From NCBI RefSeq assembly GCF_001949145.1, contig NW_019091360.1, positions 678,137-742,136 of the forward strand: a stretch of 64,000 nucleotides of DNA. The letters are read 5' to 3'. The translations under genes were made by a program, and so were the position numbers. Source of the DNA: Acanthaster planci (lineage: Eukaryota). The notes under the pieces are model-generated. The model had not been told where the DNA came from. It saw only the letters and a list, made by a program, of their open reading frames with translations, and searched no databases. Of the stretch, positions 50,280-61,180 are shown piece after piece. How positions within the stretch are numbered: position 1 is the stretch's first letter; each line of letters opens with the position of its first letter.

Positions 50280-50565
50280 GTTGGCTAGCGTATTTGCGCA
50301 TGTGCGAAAATCGTCCCTGCGAGATAATGTCGTACGTTCCAAGAGGAAGAGCCACACTAATCACAGATTTCATGAGTAAATATTGACCTGAACGGCGACG
50401 ATTTTTTCTACCAGGTAATTTCTGCATATTACCAAAGGTCCATTCTTACTTCTAGCCGTTTTTATACGCTGACCGTGGTCTGTAAGCTTCCTTTTCAGCT
50501 GCCAAAGTGAGTACAAACGGTCCAGTTGTTCGGCATGTTTCGCATACTGTGCGCCGCCATGTCTA
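50280..50565 (+). promoter_or_regulatory. Promoter and short non-coding first exon (~50487-50506) of the LARP4-like gene, TCT/5'TOP-like
   Basis: NRF1-like TGCGCATGTGCG at ~50295. Pyrimidine run CTTCCTTTTC at 50487-50496, followed 10 nt later by an AAA|GTGAGT donor (50507). YY1-type GCCGCCATGT at ~50553-50562. CpG-rich. Confidence 0.55.
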
Positions 50566-51403
50566 GCTAATCACGTGGGGTTGTTGAATCTCTTGGAACG
50601 GGGGAGGTAAAAAAACGGCTCAAATAATGCTGAAATTCTAATGAATTAATGACTTCGCTCGCGACACGGCGATTGAATATTAGCAAGCCTCACTCCTTAC
50701 TGAAATGACTGACTGTTCGCGTAGGGGGAAATACTGGACTGACCCAAGTCTCGCCTTGTCGGTTCTCTTACGTGGTCATTACGTAGAACACACGCAAGTG
50801 TACAGAAATCCCCGCGTAGGCGTAGACACTTTCGGCCGGTCCTGTTTCTACATTTTGGAATGGGCCTACACCATAATACAGCTACTGCAATGCACGGATT
50901 TTTAATAGCATCTCGTGAGCTAAATATAGCCTGGCCAGTAATCAGTATCCTCGATTTTTGACTGTTTGAGAAAGGCTTTCTGTTCAGCTTTTTAGTCTTT
51001 GTAGGCAACAACACTGAAAATAACTCTGCCAGGGATGTACTGTTTGTGTCCATTCATGCCAGTTTTAGGTTCCATATGTCACTTGTTTTGTGTGGATGTA
51101 CATATGTCTGCACATATGTGGAAGACATGCGGGGATGGATGCTGAACTGTGACACTCTATGTATTGCTTTGTATAGCACAACCAACCACTGGCTGCTGGT
51201 GTGTGCAGCATTGTACACATGGTCCAGATTCCAGATGGTGGGGTGTTCCTACTTTTGAGTACTATGTTGGAGGCTCATATCACCCATTACTGATGCCAAC
51301 AATGTTAACTTTCCCTCCACAAGGAATTTGGACGGTGATTCTTGCCCCGGAAAACGGGTCAGACAACGAAACTGCCCCAAAGGTGAAATTCAGTCTCCTT
51401 CCC

Positions 51404-54400
51404 ATGACTACCGACCGCTCTAACGACGGGGACGACTTGACTCCTTCAACTGTTACAGTAAGCCCGATTATTGTTTCTTGTCTTCTTAACAATACTGTTG
51501 CTAATGGATTACCTGAATGAGGCTATTTTAAAATCTTAACTCCCACAAACTTTGGATTTTTGTTGTGAAATTCATGAGTCCTGAACTTAAAGGGCATCAA
51601 GCACAAATAATATGTTGGGGGAAATATATTTTGAATGGGAAACAAGTTCGAAAATGTACTCGCCATATGCTTCATTTTCCAAACTGACAAGATGGCATCA
51701 GAATGTGGCATATACATGTAGATGGAGTTAGTGGATTGCAGTGAGTAGCATCATGTACATGTATACGCAGTGCATGCTGTAATTGTGACAAATGAAGCAG
51801 ACATCTGCTAATGAAGCATTATAGTGGTACTCTATATTGCATTTCTTGTCCCGTTATGCCACTACGTCTCCATAGACGTGGAACACGATGTGTATGACTG
51901 TGTTGTCCATGTGTACAGCTAATGATGTGCATAGTGGGTTTCAATGTATTACAAGCCCTTTTTGTACATATCATACTGCACAAGCTGGATATAACAGAAT
52001 AATCTTGTTCTACTCTGATATAAAAATGTGCTTAGAAATTCAACATCCACATACGAAATCACAGAGGTTGTATTTTTTGTTTTGCCTTGGGCTTTGATTT
52101 GAAAAACTACTTTGTTCAATTCATGTAAAGAGAAACAAGCAGGATTAAAAGTCCTCTGTATTTTGTGATTGGAAAGATGCACAGTATTCATTTAGTCAAT
52201 TTTATCTTTTCCAATTTCGACCAGAGGGTGTACACTGAACAGTGACTTTGTTCTGATGTTCAGGCTACATGAAAACACCTTGTAAGTTGCAGCCTTCGGA
52301 ATGTGGTATCCACAGAACAATGTACATTTTCATTTAGGCTGAAAGATTACATGTCCTAAGCATATCTTTTGAAAATGTCTCAAGGAGGGAAACACCAAAT
52401 TCATTTGTTGAAAGACATGTTTGTGATGCATTGAAAAATATACGTTTACATGTAGGTGGGTCGGTGGTTGAAAACTATTCTTTTTACATTTTCTAGCCAA
52501 AATATCAGGGAAGGGTGATACATTCTGTCCCCCATTCATTTGTGAACAGGTGACAATATCTGATGCAGCAAAACTACATGTACATTAGCTTGGTATTTGC
52601 TGGCTTAGTAGTCATAGAATGCATACATGTGTCTGAATTTAGAAACCACAAGAGGAAGCATTAAAAAAGTGCATACAAAAATAAGTCTTTGGGGTCAGCA
52701 CTGTGATGAGAATCATACTTTTAATTTTTTGTACGTTTTCCCAAAACAGAATGCAAGTTGTGTGTGTGTTTTTTTTTTTTTTTGTTTTTTTTTTGAGGTT
52801 GGGTAACCAAAAGTCCAACCGTGTGTTTTCTTCTTTTGACCTAAGGGCGCATCTCCACAATTTAATAGTAATTCAAAAACACTGACAATAGTTTACATTT
52901 ACACACAAGGCAAAAACCTTGCACCAGGGCTTCTCCAGAACTTATTTACAACTGGATGGTGACCATCCAACCAATGCAGTCAGGTGTCTTGTACATGTAC
53001 ATGTCTTGAGTTGTCCATCTCAGTTTGGACTGATCTATACTGCATGCATGTTCGTGTATATTGAATATAAAAAGACAATGCTTCACAGTAAAAGATGACA
53101 AATTTGCANNNNNNNNNNNNNNNNNNNNNNNNNNNNNNNNNNNNNNNNNNNNNNNNNNNNNNNNNNNNNNNNNNNNNNNNNNNNNNNNNNNNNNNNNNNN
53201 NNNNNNNNNNNNNNNNNNNNNNNNNNNNNNNNNNNNNNNNNNNNNNNNNNNNNNNNNNNNNNNNNNNNNNNNNNNNNNNNNNNNNNNNNNNNNNNNNNNN
53301 NNNNNNNNNNNNNNNNNNNNNNNNNNNNNNNNNNNNNNNNNNNNNNNNNNNNNNNNNNNNNNNNNNNNNNNNNNNNNNNNNNNNNNNNNNNNNNNNNNNN
53401 NNNNNNNNNNNNNNNNNNNNNNNNNNNNNNNNNNNNNNNNNNNNNNNNNNNNNNNNNNNNNNNNNNNNNNNNNNNNNNNNNNNNNNNNNNNNNNNNNNNN
53501 NNNNNNNNNNNNNNNNNNNNNNNNNNNNNNNNNNNNNNNNNNNNNNNNNNNNNNNNNNNNNNNNNNNNNNNNNNNNNNNNNNNNNNNNNNNNNNNNNNNN
53601 NNNNNNNNNNNNNNNNNNNNNNNNNNNNNNNNNNNNNNNNNNNNNNNNNNNNNNNNNNNNNNNNNNNNNNNNNNNNNNNNNNNNNNNNNNNNNNNNNNNN
53701 NNNNNNNNNNNNNNNNNNNNNNNNNNNNNNNNNNNNNNNNNNNNNNNNNNNNNNNNNNNNNNNNNNNNNNNNNNNNNNNNNNNNNNNNNNNNNNNNNNNN
53801 NNNNNNNNNNNNNNNNNNNNNNNNNNNNNNNNNNNNNNNNNNNNNNNNNNNNNNNNNNNNNNNNNNNNNNNNNNNNNNNNNNNNNNNNNNNNNNNNNNNN
53901 NNNNNNNNNNNNNNNNNNNNNNNNNNTTAATTTCCCCATTCAACTGAAGAATAGTGTTTTGAAGTGTTGTGCTGATAAAATAGATACTATAGCAGGACAC
54001 AAATTTACGTGAAAATACCATCACAAATTGACCTTTTTTGGCATCTCCACTGTCTGTAAATTAATATCCCGCAATGCTGAATGTGTTGGGAATTTCCCTA
54101 ATGGAGGCAAACAGGCTCAGGATATACATGTAGGCATGAAAAATAACATGAAATAAATTTGTTAAAATTTTTAAAGATTGCCCTGCATCTTTGTTCATTG
54201 GCATTTCAATTCAGAGCCAGTCATTTCAGAACATGCCTTTTCACTTTCAGCAAGTGTATGTACCGTACATGTAAGCAGTGCAAGTACATGCAAATGTGCA
54301 ATCAGTCAGTTTTTTTGTTCAAGGGTTTAACCCATACTACCCAATTTCCTCAAACTCCAACTGTACATGTAGGTTTGGTCAAGTTTTGACTGATTCAAGT

Positions 54401-57400
54401 TCATATGGAATCAACTTGTTCTTCAACTTTGTTTGATTGAGGAACAAAGGCTTAGGGTAATAGTGTTGGATTTTGTTGAAGTGAATGGCTATTGGTACCA
54501 CATGTTGGATTTTGCATGATTTTGTGAGGTTTTGTACTACTTAGGAATCAACCGATGATCGAATTGGACATCAGATCAGGCTGATGTTTGGCAGCATCCA
54601 CAAAACATCTGATCGGCAAAATTTGACTGTCCTTGCCGATGTGAGTGCCGATGCTAATAAGAAACAAACTCTGCTTTGGCAAACGCAGTAACAACTGTGG
54701 TTTATTCATTTGGTGTGATAAATGAACAGTTACGTCCACCTAAATTATCCCTGAGAATTACATGTACATCTGCATGCAATCCATACCGCAACAAAACTAA
54801 ACTCAACGCACAGATTACAGCCTGGAAACAGTCAGTGCACATGTATACTGTTGTTATTGAACGTCATGAGTGGAGCCAGGGAGCTGTACCATATGGCGAC
54901 ACGAGGCACTGAGTGTCTACTCTGCATATTGTACATAAGATAATTTTTGGAATATAAACACTTAAACGTTGGTTCTCATGCTGAAAAATGTCTCTGTGGC
55001 TTTTATACTCTCCAGCTTATACCGCAAACTTTGAGGTATAAGATCAGTCACAAAAGCCGCGGCCAGGCCATGCCATACGTACAACTAGCAGATAGCTCAG
55101 TCATGTTTTCCTTGGTTGCCGTTCACATCTGATAACTTAAACCTCGGAGAACAAATAAAAATTCGAGTTGTCCGGATTTCGAGTGAACAGAATTCCCCGA
55201 GTCATGGAGTCACAAAACACATGTATTGTGTACACAATCTTATACATGGATCTACTTTACTTGCTCTGCTGTGGCAATATTTTTGAGAGATTTTTTGCCG
55301 CTTTTATTCATTCTTATGGTTTTTTTTGGCAGACAAATAAGCATTTTACTAAAATTGATTATTTTTGTTACCTCAAGATTTCTTTCTACCATTAAATAAA
55401 AAATCAACCGCCTCTGTGGTGTACCTTCGTGTGGCAGATCTTTCGTCTTTTCGCATGACATGCCACAGAATTTAAGGTTTTTTTCACTTGTGTTTACTGA
55501 TGACAACACTTTCTGTGGTCACATGTTTATTGGAAAGAGTTGGCAATTGGACTGTCCGTGAATGGGTCTGTGATCGCGGTGATGTGTGCAGTGTTTGTGC
55601 GGCATGCAGTGGATTTTTCATTTTTGAAGCAATTTTGTATTGTGCAAGCAGTGGTGTGCCATGTGATGTGTGTATGCAGTTTATTCGCTCAGCTCAGTGA
55701 CACAAAGTGAAAATAAAGGCAAACAAAAGAAAACCTTTAAAGGAATTTATTATCATTATTGTCTGACTGTGTATATTGATACTTTCAGGGAATACACTGT
55801 TTTTGTGTTATTTGAAGTAGGCGTACATCATGTACATCATGTCAAGGTTTGTCGACATGCGTTATTAAGGACATTGTTACTGTCATATCAGACACCAGCT
55901 GATGTTCCAATTAAAATATCAGACGTCAAATCGGCAGTTAAAACCAACATCAGTTGATCCCTAGTACTACTACTCTGCAAGTCCGGCCAACAAAAAAATA
56001 CTTATGTTTCTGGTTTCCTGGCCAACATTAAGTTTTTGGCTCGCCGCGTTTTAAATAAGCATGTTAGAAAAACAAATTTTAAAATTTAATAAAATAAAAA
56101 AGATAAATCCTGTGCGCAAATCTCAATGCATTACAGCAGTTCTGCGCTAGTTCCCACCGTGCCCATGCAAAAGAACGTGTGATGGAAATGTGGCAACCAG
56201 TCTATACATCTCGGTCAAAATAGCCTTGTTACACTACCAGTACATCAGCCATACACACGCAATCCCCACAGCTGCTGGTCAAAAAAAATTGATGTTGTAA
56301 GAAGATTTCTGCAAGTTAATTCGCAGAACTTGGTCTCTTGTCTATGTATGTATTTTCTTGGTTCACGAGCTTAATTTACTTGAGGCGAACATGTTTTCAC
56401 AAAATTTCCTGCCGTGGCACAAGGTTTATAGCCCATCTGCCTGGATGTGCCAGTATCATGCACGCTAACCATGTAATATACGGACATTGTTGGCCAGTTT
56501 GCTGTAATGACTAGGGATCAACTGATGATCAGATTGGACATCTGATTAGGCCGGAATCAACCAATGATCGGATTGGACATAGGATTGGGCCGATGTGCGG
56601 CAATGTAGGCAAAACATCGGATCAACAAAATGTGACCTTCCTTGCCAATATGAGTGCCGATGTTAACATGAAAAAAGGAGCAAACACTGCACTCACTTTT
56701 GGCAAACTAAAATCTCGCATTTTTTTATTTTAGCACGAATACAAACTGTGTTTTTTTTCATTTGGTGATAATGAACAATTATGAATTGTTAAACCTACGT
56801 AAAATATATATCCTCAAAAATTATACCTGCACGATCCGTGCCACAGCAACTCAATGCATGGACTTCAGTTTACATGTCTTTGTTCTAATTGTGAACTCCA
56901 AATTTATTCTCTGAAACCATTTCTAGGAAATGCTTGCTAGCTTTTTGCCATATACTTACACAACAATAACTTGTCAAACGAAATGAAATCTACAATAGCA
57001 GTGTTAAGAAATATCCAGAAATTTCCTGTGCACAAATCAGTGCAACATGTAGGCTCAGTGCTTTGGATGACATCATAGTTTTGCTCATGAATATGCAAAT
57101 AGCATTAACATAAACCAAAAAAGCTCCACAATATGGGTTAAAATTGGAAAACAAAAATTTTGAAGTGGGGTAAATTGAAACCCAAGGGTGCAATTTCAAG
57201 GAATTTAGTAAAGTATTTCTGTTTCATGGTCCCTTTAAGGCTGTGTTGCAGTTAATTGTCGGTAAAAACATTGGATCAAATCAGACATTGGCCGATGTTC
57301 CAATAAAAATATCGGACATCAAATCAGCAGTTAAAACCTACATCGGTTGGTCCCTAGTCAGGAATACCCGACTAGCTTTACAGTGTATGCATCATGGTGT

Positions 57401-60400
57401 GAATTGTCCATAATTCTAATGAATCGTTGACTGCAGTACAAAGATTAAGGCAAGTTTTTATCACGTAACGGCACGTAATGCCGGCTGCTACCATCACTAA
57501 AATAGACCGACCCCGGCAATATTTACTGTTTAAAAACTATTAAACATTTTCAGCTTGTACATGTACACAGAACATAACACCACCTCGTTTGTCTGGTTCC
57601 CCAGATGTAAGTGTATAATACAGAAATTACGTCATCTGTAAAAGAGTGCCTGACTAAATGTATGTGTAGCAGTATGGGAACTAGAGGAATTCCTTCACTG
57701 AAAAGTAGGAGGATTCCAGTCTATTAAGCAAGTTTGGCAGCTTTTGGACCTCGTTTTACACATGTATACCAAATTAAAGGGCACGCAACACAGTCTATGC
57801 CCAGAAAATGCAAAACAAAAGACTTGACATCTGAAACACATTCTTAAAACACTACAGTTAGCCTACTTGAACATTTTTCCTTTTTACTGTGCCGAATGGC
57901 CGAGCGGGTAGCAAAAATTGATGTGCACAATAAAATTGCAGGTAAGACCATGATAAGTTGCATGCACCATTGTACCTTGCGAGCGAGTGCGACCCACGGT
58001 GCTACCACGAGGCGTGACCGACCAGCGCAGTGGCCACCCATCGCAGGCTCTTTGTAAAATATGAATGACAGTGCAGTCACAGCTTGACCAATCGCTGTAG
58101 ATGAGCAGTTTGCATAATGGGCAAATTTGCATGTACATAATGTATGCATCATGTTTAAATTGTAAATATTCATTACTCATTGCTGACGACATTGTACATG
58201 TATGTACATGTACTGATACACATCCTGATACATATCCAAATGACATGCCAATCGTTTTACGATGCACACACACACAACATTGCTACTTATCACTAATGCA
58301 CATATTGTGTGCATGTGCGGTTTCAATGGAAAACGTGGCATTGGAAATGCATGGTTTGACCACAGCTTGAATGATTTTTGGCGGTTGATGGTACTCAAAG
58401 CTTGAATTATGGCTGCACGAAAGCAGTTTTGGAAAGAAAGGACGAAGCAAAAGCCAAGACCGTCAATGTATCGGTACAAGATACATGTAAGTGGTTTTGG
58501 AAATGGACTGCAAATGAAGTTGACGGCTGCCTTGCAGCCATGTGCATATTAATTATTATACGGAAGCTAGCAGAACTGGGGAAGGCTTATCTTCCTTATA
58601 TCCAACAATAAATTTATTCCAAAAATCATCTGTTTGCTGAGTTTTTTCTGTTGTTCTTACGTAAAATTTTCTATTCTACTGAGAAATAAAACAAACCACC
58701 CAAACTCTGTACTTTTGTGTGACAGTTTATTCATTTGCTCACATCTCTGCTGGACCACACAGCCCTGTGCTTGTTGTTTGCTTGGCCAGGGCTGCCCAGG
58801 GTTTTCCTGTTTCACCACATGATCATTCCTTTTTAATCACTTGAGGGTGCACCATTTTGTATTTCAAAGCATTCAAGCATACATTTTTGTGTGCTTTTGG
58901 TTGTCTTTTCATTCCCTTACCTTTTCTTTTTACCATTTAGTAAATATTCGAGTGAGATTTTGTGACGCAAAAAGTGCATTTCCAGCACCGCGCCAGGAAC
59001 GCATGTCCATTTTCTCTACACACGGACTGCGATTGGACAGTCAGCATGTGAGCAGCGCGCATTTGGGCAGGCAGCAGCAGCCAGGCTTTAGCCACGGCAC
59101 GCACAAGGCTTCCTTCAGTGCTGTCACATGGCCACCATAAAGAATCAACAATTGGACTGCCAGTTTACATGTACATTTGGGCCGCGATAGCATTGGGCTT
59201 TCTTGAATGCCACGATTTGTGGTCATGACGAGTCAATTACAATGACATTGGCAGCAAGTGCATACTCGTGTCCTCACACAAGGAGACGAAGTGCAGTTTC
59301 CAGAAATGACTCATAATTAAAGTCAGGTGTTCTTTATCAACCCTTGTCAGTGGTTTGGTGGCGGTCTTTCTGGACTGGCCTTTCAAAACTTTGAGTTAAA
59401 TGGATGAAGTTGTATGGACATTTCAAGTTGTGGAGGTATTTTCATACATAAAAGCCTGTTCTTTAAACGGAAAGGAAGAATGTCATCAAGATAAGCAGAG
59501 TTTCGAGTGAACCGACTTTGAGTTATGAAGAGTTTACTGTAGATCAATTTGAAATTGTTCCGAATGGTAAAGAGGGGCACAGAATACAGGATTGGTTTAT
59601 TGGGAAATTTGGAGTAAATGTACCAATGGACTATATGAAATTCATTTTGGGCCTTAGCGAAAATGCTCACTTTTGTTTTAGGCACTAGAATTTTGGCAAA
59701 ATGTGTATGACTACCTCACACATATCAATACCCCAGGGGAAACCTTGATCTTCAGACCACCTGTACTATAGAAGTACTGTATTTGTTTAGCTTGAGTCTG
59801 AGTATCTGACCTTATGGTAGGGTCATAGGTCTTTATCTCACAATAAGAAGTTTGGAGGTTTGAATCCAGCTACAGGCCTCAAGCAACATCTTTGGGCAAA
59901 CCTATTCACCCCTACTTCTCTACACAAATACTTCAGGAAGCAGGTCTGGGCTTATTGCAGTAAGTGTCTGATAAGACGCACAGCATCACCTTTAGAAATA
60001 TTTGTAGTATAATTTTAATTGACTCGAAAGGTTTTTGTAGAATGAGTTTTAAGATTTGATTGAGCAAAAGCAGCCTTTGCTCTTGTAGCAGAAGCTCCCG
60101 CGTTTTTGGTTTGGTCAGATATTCAGTTTCAAAATTCAAAACAGTACCGTAAGTTCAATCAGAATTGGATTACAAAATGAAATGAATTCAAGTCCCTCCT
60201 CATTCAGAAATCTGATTTCCAACTTCTGTGATGCTGACTTCTCCAGGGTTCTTTTTGATGTCATGTTATGTTCTTACATGTACACGTGTGTAACATATAT
60301 TGTACAGTGTATGTAATACTTGTAATCTGTTTAGTCTTGTGAATGGCACTGAAATATTGAAAGACATGCCATGCAAAAAGTACAGAGATGTACTTTAATG

Positions 60401-61180
60401 TACCATCCAATTCATTACCATGTGCACTGCATAATGCCATTATGATCATAACCCCTTGAAATTAGATTCAATGGTATGTGCACAATCTTGCATCTGACAT
60501 TTGTATTATTATCCTAGTCCAACACAAAATATGATGTGCATGTTTTAGCTCAAATGTTCTCTTTTTTCAACAGGCTATTCCAAAAAAGACTACTCTAAAT
60601 CCCAATGCCAAGGTTTTCCAAAGTCCGAAGCTCGCTAATTCTGTGACTTCCTCAGCAGACTCAACGGACAGCAGTCCAGATTGGCATGACAATGAGAATA
60701 GGAGTTCTCAGGCATCTTCCCCACAGACAGCAATGACCACACAAGGTTAGAGTTGAAATGTTCTCTTTAACTTTGCATTACTACATCTTCCAAATCACCT
60801 CAAAATTACCAAACCAAACCAACCAAAACTAAATAGAGCAATACAGAATACCAAATTAAATATTCTGTAAAATTTTTGCTGGTTGCAATTTAGTGACACA
60901 TGATATATTGCAGTTGTCCATAGACAAACGTGCGATGTAACATCTGATCCAACTTTGGCAGTTTTTATTTTCCACACCATATGCCTATAGTAAAACACAG
61001 TTTGTTAACCTTGTTAAATAATTTGATGATTCATAGGTCCTTACCAGGTGAATGGAGATGTTGGGAAGTTCTCAGGATTGGGCTACCCACCCTCTCCAGA
61101 ATCGCCTGTCTACTCGATACAAAATGGATACATCAGTGGACCAGAATACCCATATTTACCAGATGGACAGTTGGTCACAT
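51404..61180 (+). CDS. LARP4: La-related protein 4/4B family, 5' part; join(51404..51457,60574..60745,61037..61180,...), continues beyond the recognisable exons
   Basis: MTTDRSNDGDDLTPSTVT|AIPKKTTLNPNAKVFQSPK...SSPDWHDNE...TTQ|GPYQVNGD...GQLVT. The PAM2 motif LNPNAKVF aligns with human LARP4 KGTGLNPNAKVWQ...SSWHE, and the MTTD start resembles LARP4B MTSD. GT-AG phases 0,1,1 are consistent. The La motif is not within the window. Confidence 0.72.
53109..53926. other. Assembly gap (N run)
   Basis: Run of N. Confidence 1.
54542..55963. mobile_element. Non-autonomous hAT element in the LARP4 intron
   Basis: Ends are TAGGAATCAACCGATG and CATCAGTTGATCCCTA. A perfect 8-bp TSD GTACTACT lies at 54534-54541 and 55964-55971. 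Confidence 0.88.
56512..57356. mobile_element. Second copy of the same hAT family, inserted into an older repeat
   Basis: Ends are TAGGGATCAACTGATG and CATCGGTTGGTCCCTA, with a decayed TSD (GTAATGAC/GTCAGGAA). It interrupts a repeat (~56000-57460) whose uninterrupted copy is at ~18380-18800. Confidence 0.8.

Noticed and set aside
50705..50905. ORF MTDCSRRGKYWTDPSL... as an alternative LARP4 first coding exon
   Set aside because: No strong in-phase donor and no recognised homology; it lies in CpG-rich intron 1.
52980..54024. Long ORFs in the track spanning 53-54 kb (and the extra frames at 30.5-31.3 kb)
   Set aside because: Artefacts of translating N runs.
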